From the NCBI GenBank assembly GCA_040285825.1, contig JAUPSS010000004.1, forward strand, positions 3,328,550 through 3,392,549: a DNA stretch of 64,000 nt, read 5' to 3'. The DNA is from Eukaryota sp. TZLM1-RC. Taxonomy: Eukaryota > Protista > Metamonada: BaSk clade. The notes below the pieces were generated by a model, which was not told the DNA's origin, searched no databases, and saw nothing but the letters and a program-made list of their open reading frames with translations. The position numbers were made by a program, and so were the translations under genes. The first letter of the stretch is position 1, and each line of letters begins with the position of its first letter. Below, piece by piece: positions 48,621-60,788 of this stretch.

Positions 48621-51600
48621 CACAAGAAAAATTTAAAACATTTTCAGTATCTAATACTGGACTCCCATTGCACTTCATTTTTTCGTTGTTCAAATAACCC
48701 ACAGCACGCGAAAAAAAATCAAAAAAGCAACCATTGGTCAAAATCGTCCAAATTTAGGAGAGTCTACTGAAAGACGAAATAAGACGATAAATCGGCGTGC
48801 TAACCGACCAAGAAAAATGCCAAAGAATCTCAAGACTACTTCCAGAATATCCCCATTAGAGAAGACCGTTTTTCGTCGCTGTTCATCCAAACCACCGAGG
48901 CCACTGCCAGGTAGCACTTGATGTCATATAGGTAAGAGCCTGATAGAGCTTGGGGTTAGTGCTCTTGAAAGGTTTTGCTAATTTACCTCGACTATGACTG
49001 ACACAGTCAAAGCAGTCGGCCTGGAACTAAAACAAACACGTCGGTTGTGGTTAATCGCCCGGAAAATGAAACATGGCATAAAGATTGATTGTTGAGTTTC
49101 AGTTTCAAAATTTGCTGTCCGCAACTTCTCTATTATTTTTCATATTGAAATAACGATTGTTGAAACAATGTATTAAAGGTAAATCTATCGAAACAACAGA
49201 TTACGTTATATTTCTCTCTTAAAAAAGCATGTTGTGTAATTAATGTTGGTGATTAGGTTTAAAATGGTTTGTTTTGAGTTTCCTCATTGAAAATTCAACT
49301 TTTACACTCTTACAATTGTTTTCCCTGCAACATTCCACGGTTGTACTTTACCTAAACCTCTAGACCTAATCCACAGATATTGAATAATGTTTGTATTGAT
49401 GATGTTGAGTTCAATAAAAATAGTTGAAACAAAAAATTTGAAATTGAATTAAAATGAGTCTTTTGCTGAGCTTAACTGAGCTTAGATACAAAAGTATTCA
49501 ATTTTGATGATTTTTTTGAATGTTTGGGTTGCCTAATTAGTGATGATGACTACGAATCATTTTCCATTCATCCTAAAACTAAGAAGAAACTATGAAGAAG
49601 TAAATCCCAAAATAGGCCTATTCACAAAATCAATTCATTCTATGAACTCTAACTTGATGTAATGGGCAATTCCAAGTATTAATACTATTTCAGCTTTCAC
49701 TAAAAACAAGAATAAACAACTTGAAATCATTTTTGAAGGAAATAAATTCAGTTAAATCACAAATATCATGACTGTAAGTATTAAACCTAGAAAGATCCAA
49801 AAACATGTAAACTTTACAGAAGCACGTAGGCAGATCTTTCTTGACCGTAATCAACTTCAAACAGTTAAAAACTGAATGATTGATGATTACTCAGTCGTTT
49901 ATGTATTAATGAATAGAGACTCTAATTAAAAAGAATTACTCTCAATATTTGGCAGAGACTTTCATAAACCATTCACAAAATTACAAATAAAACGCCATTC
50001 ATACAAAACATAGATGATAGAGGCCTGTTCTTTAACACTTGATTTTGTGAAAAAAAATGTGAAGGAGAAAAATGATTTGAATTTATTTTTAAAATTTAAG
50101 CAACGACATATAGACGGTAAGTGCAAGAGGAGAGAAGCTGTTAAACAAAGAAACAAGTCAAAGTGATAGGAATGTGACTCAGGTGGTGAAACATTGAATC
50201 GATCCAATAGAAGCAAATCTAGGTGGAAACAAGTGAGATTAGTGGTCAGTGAAGATAAGGAAGAGAGCAAGACCATCAAGAGAGAAGCAAAGAAAAACAA
50301 TGTATTGAGTAATGTGAAGCATGTAACGTAGAGTAAAGTAAAAGATTGTGTGAAGGGTGTTGTTTGAGAACTAGAACAAATCTGTGACTTTAATAAAGGC
50401 CTTGTCACCTGTGCAATTCAGTTCATTTCAGGTTCAGTCCTGTTACGTTCAGTTCTAATTCAGGTCTGTCAGGTTCCAAATTGTTTCTGAACTACACTGA
50501 TCTGGGACATGCCTAATATATTAATGATCAAAGTGTTTAGGTGTATAGGTGGAGGGTTACACCACAAGGATAAACTGAATGGACTGATGGTGTATGTGCA
50601 ACAAAAAATGCAATAGTCCCAAGACTGCTTCAAAATAGTGCAGAAAATGGTTTCTTGGAAGCAACAAAATGCTACAATACATGTTGACAAGAATTGAGAA
50701 TCTACTTGTTGTGTTTAATTTTGTCAAAAAGTTTGTTTGATTTTTTCCTTTTCCACTATTGAAAAAAACAGGTTACAAAAAAACCAAAGCTCTAAATCAT
50801 TAAAACATGTTTCTCCAACATTAGTCAATAATAATTCTGAAAACGACCAAAGCAGAAATTCATTTCACCATGAAACTGGAAATTCAATTCCATTTCGCCC
50901 ATAAACACGATTAAAAATTCTTCCAGTCCCTTGATTCAGAAACAAGGCTGAAACGTTCATGAATGTTCAAAACAGTTTTACATAAAGAACAAAGCAGAGA
51001 AAAGACAAACGGACATAGACTATACTGGACATGGGATGTTTAATAGAAGGAATAGGTTTCGCATATTTGGCAATTTGATTTTTTTCCAGCAGAGAGGGGG
51101 CTGTTCACATCCAATGGATTGAGTGTACGGCAGATGAAAAACAATGAACAGTGGACAAATCATATAAAATGGTAAAATTTCCATTTAGACCAAGAACAAC
51201 AAAATAACCTCAAGTCAGACCCGCGCTATTGTATCAGTACTGTCAGTGTTGACATCGTTAAGAATCAAGTTTGATAACAGTGGATTCACGAAAGAATCAG
51301 TTCAATAGGATTTGACACAAAATAACATTGGTTTCTCACATTACTAGGTAATTTAATTCGAAAAGTATTGAAATGGTTACAATTTAAAAGGTGTATTGAC
51401 GTAAAATGTTTATGTAAGATGGTTGAACAAATTGTTTGTGAAACTGTTTCAAATAATTTTGCAAAAGTTTCCAAAAGCGGAAATTTCAGTTTTTGCCGAG
51501 CCAAAATGTTTCATATTCCCAGATTTCGTACATTTTCACAAGATGACACAGTTGCTTCTTTTATCAAAACGTAAACTGAGGAGTGTACGATTTAATATTT

Positions 51601-51834
51601 TTTGAGCGTGAATAATGCTCATTGTTGGTTTCTTACTAGCACATTTTGAATACTTGTTTGGTGTTAGTAACAGCATTGACCCAGAAGACATATTGTGTAG
51701 AAACTGTGGCCCATAGAGGGCAGTGGTGGTAATATGCAGATTATTTGAAATTGATTTATTTAGTCATCGTTTTCAACATGGAAGGTTGTTTAAATAAATT
51801 TAAAAAAGATGCAAAAAAATTTGTTGTCATTCTA

Positions 51835-53410
51835 GTACGGAATTATCACCACTGATGGAATTGCTTCTGCAGTGTTTGCTACAGATGTTCTATTTCATCC
51901 AAATGAATTCAATGTTTGAATGTTGTTTGATTTTAGTAATGCTTTTAATTCAATTCACCGGTCCAGTATTCATGGTGCTTTGTTGATTTACTTGCCTGAA
52001 TTGTTGCCTTAATTTCAAACAACATATGGCAAAAATGCTCATTTACATTTTGCTGATTCCATTTTGAAATCATCCAGATTTGTTAAGTAGAAAGTTCCTT
52101 CAGGACCTTTTTGGTTTTGTCTGGTCATTCATCCACCTTTATTACAAATTCAAGACATTTTTCCATCGCTAAAAATGATTGTCTATATGGATGGTGTTGT
52201 TCTTATAGGTGACTTAAAGATTGTGAAAAAAGCAACTGTATGTTCTAAAGAATTATTCAACAAAATTGGCTTGTGACTTGACTAACTTAAATGTGTTTTA
52301 CTTTCGAATTCTCCAGTTTCTACAATAGTGGATGGTATTTTTTCCTGAAGTTTTATTTATTGAATTTGCACACTTAATTAAATTAACTCATAACTAATGG
52401 GACGACTATCATTGAACCAAGATTTCCTCTACAAAATCTTGATCTGCTTGCTGTCTAGCTAAAGCTTCTCTAATTCGATTGAAAAACCGAGGTAATCTAT
52501 TAATAATGGCAAATTGAATCCGTGAACGCCATAAACAAATATCAAATCTTTTCATTGTTTTTTCTTGCACCATTTTTTGGAAGTCATCCAAAAAAGTTTC
52601 TGCTTCAACTGATAATCTTGAATTTATCGAAAATGGGAAGGCAATAAAGACCAGCTGTTTATTTCTATCGACATTAGCCTCTTCAATATCTTTATCATAT
52701 TTTCTATGTTTCTCTTTTGCTTTAAAATCCAGAGCAGCCACAGAATTAGGTTTTCTTCTGTGAACCAAAGTATCATTTGCAACATTACATGAGACAAAGT
52801 CAACAATAGCTTCAGAATTATCAATCCAATCACAGTATACATCACCTCTATCATCAGAACCAAAATTATTCAGAGAAAGTGTTTCCTGCAGCAGGGGCTC
52901 TTTGATACGCGATACTCTTGCAGTTTGTGCCATATTGAAAACAGTGTCTCTAACAGCATCATGTAATGAAGAACGATAAGTTATCAATTTAGAGCAATTC
53001 AGAGCATGGCGCAAATTCAAGCCAAATTATATTCAATTCATGCTATCTGTCATTTGGGTACGTTTTTAGGAAATAAACCCATTGAAGTATATGCAAAACT
53101 TTTGTCACAATTACTGGGATGTAAAATGTCCAAAATTCCAGAGCATGTTTATTTTAGTGCACATTTTGGCGGTTTAGGTTGAAAAAGGCTTCTATTCTTG
53201 CTTCATGTGCTTTTATCGGTGGATGCAGAAATACAATATTTGAGTTTTCTGAAAGATTTGCAGATTGGGAAGTTTTAATGACAACGCAAAGTTCTACTGT
53301 TCTTGCATTAAATGAAGAAATTTCCAAAATTAATGTAGAAAAATGAAATCGATGCTTTCCCCAATCATTCAATGGAAATATTCCTGAAAAGAAATTTTTA
53401 AATTTAAAAT
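51835..53410. mobile_element. Cluster of CRE-like family 1 fragments: RT piece (+, 51835-52340), RLE/3' end (-, 52357-53020), post-RT piece (+, 53055-53410)
   Basis: High nucleotide similarity to 4025-4530, 2487-3145 and 3445-3760 respectively. Confidence 0.85.
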
Positions 53411-54708
53411 ATGGGGTTCTATTACGAATTCAACAACCATGATTATTTCTTTTCTGCATTAGAAGCGAAAGCATCTGACCAGTTCAATGGTGGGAGAATG
53501 TTAAATTGCATTGGACAGTTCTTGTATTCAACGTTACATTCTTTTGTTAGTTCCAAATTTCAATTTTCCTATTCAAAGCCTTTCTATGGACTAGTTGTTG
53601 GAACTCGACCATCAAGCAATGCTGAACAAGAGGGAACTATCTGCACAGGGGATTTAAGTTTAATCAAAGTTACATTGAATGGGACTTATCGACCTTATGT
53701 TAGCTATACCGTACTTAAAGGTGTTTCTTCGGAAAATAATAATACATATTCTCCCAAAGAAATTCAACGAAAAAGTGATTTGCGAAGGAGATTAATAAAT
53801 ACTTATTTTAGCCATCTATGTGACCTTACTCATCACATTATTCAAAAGCTTCGTGAGGAAAGTTTTGCTTCTGTTTTAAAGTTTAGTGATTTAAAAGAAC
53901 ACCCTTTTGTTCAGTTACCAGATAAATACTTGAGAGACGATATTGAAGTTGTTAACTTTACTCCATCGTCTGTAACTGGAGTAAAAAGGAATATTCCTGA
54001 AATAGGAAGAGTCTTGTTTGTCTTACAAGATTTGTAATGGTTTTATCGACGATGACAGAAAGGGCAATCTTAATTTGATAGAAATTCATTGTTGTCCGAT
54101 TTGGCATCGTGCTCTTTCTACCTCTTTTATCTTCTATACCTCAGAAGAGCTGGGAAAAACCGCTCTCATTTTGTAAAAGTTCTGGTTTTCCTTTATTGGA
54201 AGTTGTGCCAGCTTGTGTAGAAACTTTGATTGAATTTCATAAGGAAAATAAGCTTCATATAGATTGTCGTTTGGCTAAGTTTGTTTTTAATATAGTCAAT
54301 GGGATGCTGACGTGTCAATTGATTGATTTTGAGCTTATGGTAGTGCTTCATCCATCCCAGAGTCACGTAGAAGCTCTCTGTCTTTCAAGTCCCTTCCAGA
54401 CTTCAAGTCCTAGACTAAGAGTTCATGGTGATGTTTCTGGTCCACTACCAATGGTTTCGTTCATGAAAGATTATTATGTTTTCTTGTATTCACTACTACA
54501 TCGACTGTATAATCTTTTTGAGAAGCCTTTTTCTAAAATCACACACTATAGGACGTTAAGTAGTGCCCTAGAAGGACTAAGTGAAAAAATCGGAGTGGAT
54601 GTCTGTAATCTCCTTCAAAACCTTGTACCTACAGAACTTGATTTTTGTTGTAATTCTGAGATTTGCTCGGAGGATGTATTGAATCGTTTCAAAGGTAAGG
54701 TAAAATAA
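53411..54708 (+). pseudogene. Putative REase-like plus protein-kinase-like gene (Crinkler/CR-effector-like architecture), broken into two ORFs
   Basis: ORF1: SALEAK...IGQFLY...PFYGL (ExK/Q pattern). ORF2: LIEFHKENKLHIDCR...QLIDFE...KDYY (HxD / DFx kinase-like). Confidence 0.4.
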
Positions 54709-55084
54709 TTTCTTCATGATGCTTCTGAATATCCCGAAAATCCAAGGGTGTTTGGAGATTTAGATGAAGCTAAACCACTGAAAGGTACTAGGGGTGTTTA
54801 TTTTCGCTTTAAATAGGTGCTTATTCTTCCATTTTTATCTGGTCATTATTGGAGTAGCTCGTTAGAAGCAATTACCCAATACTCAGAGTTCTATTAGAGG
54901 CAGTATGAATGTTACTCGACGATTTTAGTTGTTTACCCAATTTCTCCAAGTAATTGTGGAAAACATTGATTATTATTTTGTACGTCGTGATTAATTGAAC
55001 CAAAGCATGCAAAAAAATCCTTAAATAAAACCCCAGGATTGTAAAATATAGTTACAAAATAATAATTAATAATTAATAAATGAT

Positions 55085-58000
55085 TTATTTACAACCATCA
55101 TCAAACTGCTCCAACGTCCATCCACAATTTAAAACTATGGCTTCGTGATCCCTTCTTGAAATATTCAATTTATTACGTAAATTCCTCATTGCTTTTTTGT
55201 CTTTCGGGCTAATTTCCTCTGAATTTACAAGCAAATTGGTAACAAACTCGGCATATTCTGGATCCACGCCTGGTTTATCAGTTTTCTGGGTCTTCTCTTT
55301 ACTGATTTCTTCAGTAATTAACAGTAACTTTTGTCGTAAAGAAGGTGAGCAAATTGAATAAGGATCCACATTATGATGATTTTTCAAATGAATATCGAGT
55401 CCCAATCGAACAAGTTCACACGCCAAGTCTTCCTTTCCAATCAAAATTGATTGATGAAGAATTGAGTTTCCACTTTGATCAGTTATTTTTAAATCAAAAC
55501 CAATCTCATTCAAAGCTCTGAGGGTTTGCAAATCATTTTCGTTATAAAGAGCTTCGAAAATTGGCGAAACTCTTTGCTGATTGATTGTTGTAGTGGACGG
55601 TTCAAAAATATGGACAATTACATCAGAATTACCTTGACCATGGGGGTCAAGATCAATTTTGTTATTTAAAACAATGAAAATTTGAGGATTTGTGGCAAAT
55701 TTGGCTAAATAATTAATCATATGTGAGACGCTCTCTGACGAAAATCCATTAATGATGGTGGAAAAAAATTCAAACAAAATGGTCAAAAATTCAAAATTAC
55801 CAACAGTAGAGGTCACGATTAAAAATTTGAAAATTTGGTCTTCCGTGAAGTGGAATTGGCCCAGGATTTGGGTTGCTATGGTCTTGTAGCGCGAATTGAA
55901 TGGCTTAGTTAAAGAGGAAAGAATTAATTCAAATGAATCAACTTTAACTTCCAAAAATTTAAAAATTTCAAAACAGATTTCCAAAAGTCCATTACTTTGG
56001 ATGATATTAAAAGAATCTACTAATGTTTGCTGAATCAGTTGAGAATTAGGTTTGGCTTGTAAAACAAACACAATTCCCTTTACGCTTTCTGGTTCTACAG
56101 AAGGGTCAGCAGCAGTTCGACCTAAAATAGCAACCAAAATTTCAGAATAGAGATCATCAGAAATCTCGACTCCTAGATCAACGAAAATTTGCGTAATATT
56201 AACATTTCCGCTTAAAATTGTTTGAAACACAAAGGGCAACCCCGCAAGGTCTTGATTTACTACATTATTATCACCTAAATATTGATCAAATGGATCTATT
56301 TGTAAATCGATAATGAAAAAGGAGATAGTTTTGTTAGCGGTCTCAATATTGAATTCGCCAAAACCACAACAAATTAAGGAAAATGCCCACAAGTAAAGAT
56401 CTCTATCAACAGTGCTCCCCATTTCGACAAGTTTCATGCTAATTTCATAATTGAAATTCAATAGCGAAGTAATGATGATGGGAACACCATTGGAATCCAG
56501 ACAATTGACATTTGCATTTAGTAAATGGCAAACAAAATCAATCACGTCATGGTTGCAGTTATTTTGAACCAGAGTGCATAATAAATTATCCGCATTTGAC
56601 ACTATTTTTTTTAATGATTGATCATTAGTGGTACATTTATCATAAATCGCACCCGCAATCGCACAAGAACCACCCAACAAAGAAACATCAAAAGCAGTTT
56701 CATTATTCCTTCCAAATGGTACGGTGGGGTTTGGGTCAAGTTCACAAAGAACCCAGTTGACAGTTGAGAATAACGATTCTGAAAACGGTTGAGAACATAG
56801 CAAAAACAAGGCGTAATCAATGTCGTCAGGGCTGATATCGATTCCACACGATAAAAGAAGTTCTGCTGATTCATGATGATGTGATAGTAGAGCTCGACAA
56901 AAAGGTGTATCTGAAAATTTCAGCTTGTCAAACACCTTGGGATCACCACCAAGAGACACCAAATATTCAAGCACTTTAAAATGATACTCATTGTTATCGA
57001 AATGCAGTGAACAAACACTCATTAATAACTGAGCAAGTTCTTCTTCATTTGGTGGCTTTGCTATTGAATGTAAGTTTTGGGCCATATTTAAATCTCCATT
57101 TTTAATTGCAACAGAAAATGCCGTGTCTCCATCATCATTGACAACATTAGGATCAACGCCGTTGAGGACTAAAAATTTCAAAATTTCAGAAGACAAATTC
57201 GGTAAAAAGAGTAGAGTGGAATTATTATTGGATTTGACAGTACAACTAGCACCCTTGGAAATTAAAAATTTCGTTAAACTCAAATCATAAAGACTATTTG
57301 AAATTGCAGGAAAACCGTTAGTATCCGAATAGAGATTGACATCAATTCCATTTTCCAAAAGCAAATCAATTATTATTGATTGATCATGATGACGTGATTC
57401 ATCAACTGATTTGACCGCAATCGCCAACAGACTTTCCCCTTTGTGCATGGTATTTAGATCTGCATACTTAACTAATAACTCAACCAAATCAGCATTAAAG
57501 TGGGAAATTGCAATTCCAATACACACTTCTTTTTTGTTTGAAATCAAATCACAATTGATACCCTTATGCAAAAGTAACTTAGTACAGGACATATTGTTAT
57601 TAAAACAAGCTTCAAAAAGAGGAGATCTACCGTCATCATCAATCCAATCAATAGAAAGACCTAAATCAATCAAATATGAAAGAATCTCTGCGTGCCCCAA
57701 TCTACAAGCCAAAAATAATAAATTTTGATTGCCATTTAGTACCACTCCTTTAGGGTCAATACCAGTATAGACCAAAATACGTTGCAAAACCCCAATAGTA
57801 TTATTTTCAATTGAATTAATTAAATCGGAATTATCCACAACTTCTTTTGTTTTTGAATTATCTTCATTAAAACTATTTTTAACGATTGTCGAATTTTTAT
57901 CTTTTTGTAAAGTGCCAATCAAAGGTAATTCCAAGTACTGACAAATCTCGTTACATTGATGACTTTCCAGAAATCTCTTCATGCCATTCTTCCCAAGATT

Positions 58001-58623
58001 CCCTAAGCCAAAATCATTTCCTGCAACAGAATGTATTTGGGGATCTGTAAAAATATTTTCCACGCCTGAGTTTAGTTGAAAGATTAGCCCATACCTTGAA
58101 TATCAACAACCAGTAGCTCATTATTTGAAGCATGGTAGGTGAAATGAGAAAAGGCCTGGGGGGTCGAGCGGTTACATTGTTTATCAACAAACCCATAGTT
58201 GTTATTATGCTTTCTGAATACACCTTCAGCATAGCTTTCCACGTTACATAAAGGTCGACCGGGACGATCACACAGCTCCAGAACAAAACATGGTAAGAAG
58301 GAAACTTTTTTTGGAGGATTCCGCTCGTTGAAAGCATCAGCAAATTGGGAGGCTACCATTTGACACTCAACATCACGGAAAAAAGCTGATCGATGGGAAT
58401 GTTTGTCATCCTTGGGAAACTTTGCTACCATTTTGGATTGAGATTCATCAACAGAAAAATCCTTCATCAAATGTGCTCTACGAAGGTTTCCTTCAGAAAA
58501 AGGTGTGGGGTTTATTTCAACAATGATGGCAGAATGGCTCCAAGTATTGGACTGAGCATTATAAGTGTATTTGATAGCACGTTCTGTTCTGTTGAGATAA
58601 GTAGCTGAAGGAGATGTGTACAT
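55085..58623 (-). CDS. Alpha-kinase (eEF2K/MHCK-like) with C-terminal ankyrin repeats; intron 58066-58094
   Basis: PFSEGNLRRAH, VAKF, DVECQMVA, FRKHNNNYG, PQAFSHFTY, VVDIQG|VENIFTDPQIHS, GNLG..G...F..SH.CN.IC; ankyrin units GRSPLFEAC and GNSILHQSI. Confidence 0.92.
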
Positions 58624-59189
58624 TCCTTAATAGATCTTAATGATCTGGAGAAACAAGCAATGAGGAAATTCTCAGATGTTCACAAACCATTTTCGTGTGA
58701 AATAATTACATGTTCTTCATTACATAAGGCTGTCAGAAACACTGTTTTCAATATGTCACGAAATACAAGAATCACATGTGTTGAGAAGAGCATTTGAAAG
58801 AAATGCTATCATTAACAATGTTTAGTTCTGCTGATAGAGGTCATATTTACTGCGATTGGAAGTCTTTTCTATAATGTTTAAGAATGCTATTTAATTTCTG
58901 ACAATCCTACATTAGTCTGCTTTGAGTTGATGTTTTCCCATTCGTTGAAATCCCCATTGAAAATGTTTGAAAATTATTCCCAAGAAATAATCCAGAAAAT
59001 ACAATGGTGTTAATTGTTATCTCTCTGTGGGGCTCTTCAAATCTATTCATCATGGTTTTTCCATCGAATAAGAGTAGTTGAAAAAGGGTTGATAGCCCAA
59101 AGTTTTGAAAAGATCATTTTGATTCATTTTGATATCTTCCAGTAATCTCAACAGGTTACAACTTTTTGACATTAGTGTGCTGTTAGCTG

Positions 59190-60050
59190 ATGTCTTCTCA
59201 TTCCAATCAACTCGTTCCAGTGTCTCATGAATCTTCAACTCTTGCTCGTCCTGACGCAGACTCTCTTCAACGCAACACAGAACTCACCAAACTCGCTCTT
59301 GAGTCTATCGCGGCTCGTCAAGAAGGTCGTATCTCTAAACATAAACCTGGAGAGAAATACTTCCTCAAATACTCTCCTCAAGATGGAATAGCTCGAGCAG
59401 CTGCTGAACGAGGTGAGGAAGTCTCTGACCGCATCATTCAACTTACTGAACAACAAATAGACCCCCTAGAACCTGCAAGACACCGTCTGAAAAAGTCCAT
59501 GAAAGCTCCTCCCGGTGCACCGCCTACTATTCTTAGGGACCCAAATACAGAGCTTACACAAGAAGAAAGAAAGTTGAAAAAGATTCCTCCCTGTGTCAGC
59601 AGGTGGAAGAACAATAGAGGTCTTTTGGTCACAGCTGACCAACGTGCCATGCTTGAAGGGGATCATTCTGTTGACCTTTCAGCTAATAAAATGGCTTCTT
59701 TTGCTGATGCTCTTTTATCCGAAGAACGTAAACTCAAAAACGAAGCTTTGGCGAGATCTAGAGTGGAGCAAGATGAAGAACCACCTCTGAAACGAAGAGG
59801 AATGCGTGATGATGAACAACTTGATGATACTGAATTTGATCCTAGATTGGCAGTCAAAGCTTCTGACTCTTTGTCAGCTAATGTTGAAGAAGAAGAAGAA
59901 GTTTCCATCTATAACAAGTCCTTATTCGAAGGAAGAACTGCAGCAGGGTTGTACAGACCACGGGTTGTTACTGCAGAGAGAGCTGGTGTAGGTGCTGGAG
60001 AGACGAGAGCGTTGGGTGCAGGTAAAATTGAGTTTGAAAAAGTTGATTAG
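59190..60050 (+). CDS. SNW1: SNW1/SKIP/Prp45 splicing factor (shortened)
   Basis: YLKYSP-like motif, RIIQLTE.QIDPLEP.R, PPGAPPTILR, KIPPCVSRWKN.RG, FADAL, FDPRL, YNKSLF, LYRP. Confidence 0.85.
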   Translation: MSSHSNQLVPVSHESSTLARPDADSLQRNTELTKLALESIAARQEGRISKHKPGEKYFLKYSPQDGIARAAAERGEEVSDRIIQLTEQQIDPLEPARHRLKKSMKAPPGAPPTILRDPNTELTQEERKLKKIPPCVSRWKNNRGLLVTADQRAMLEGDHSVDLSANKMASFADALLSEERKLKNEALARSRVEQDEEPPLKRRGMRDDEQLDDTEFDPRLAVKASDSLSANVEEEEEVSIYNKSLFEGRTAAGLYRPRVVTAERAGVGAGETRALGAGKIEFEKVD

Positions 60051-60788
60051 GATCTTGATCAATGGATGGGTTGTTGTACTGTTTTCTATTTTCTTTGTTT
60101 TTTTTATCGAAAGGGTAATTTCTGACCATTTCTTTGTAGTAGTTCTTTTGTAATTGGATCACTTTTTTCTGGTCTTTCAAGACTTTGTATAGTGTGATTT
60201 TCGTATTGCTAACCAAGGTTAATTTTAATTTTTGGCACACATTATCATAAAATCAAATAAAATGCTTGTAGCTGTAGGTCAGTTTGAAACTGAATATCAT
60301 TGATTCTTCACCTAATCTTCATATTTTTTTGAACTTTTCAGTTCTAACTACGCAAATTTTGATCAGGAATTTGAACAATTTTGGAATGACAATATAAAAG
60401 CAGTTTGTGAAGAACTTTGATTCAAGGAAACACAATTCATTGGACGGGAAATTTTGAAAATTGTGCCCAATTATTCCAAAGAATTTGATTCTCGATGACT
60501 AAATTTCCTTTATTGATTCAAACAAGCGACACTATGTATGTTTCAATCAACTAAAGCTCTCATGCTTAAACCCTACTTCCCCAACATCGAAACAGTTAGT
60601 TGCTTAAAATTCTGAAAAACGACCAAAGTGTGTCAACAAGTCATCAACCAATTTCACCAATCCGTCAAAAGGCAATATAATTTGATTTTGCCCATAAACA
60701 AGTTGATCAAATGATGATTCTCCCAGAAATATCTTTTGTTCAAATTACACCTTTAGTTTAAATATTGAGTTTGACTTAAACTATTTAA

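Noticed and set aside
48800-51800. Short ORFs in an AT-rich, decayed region
   Set aside because: No ORF with recognisable motifs; probably old mobile-element debris.
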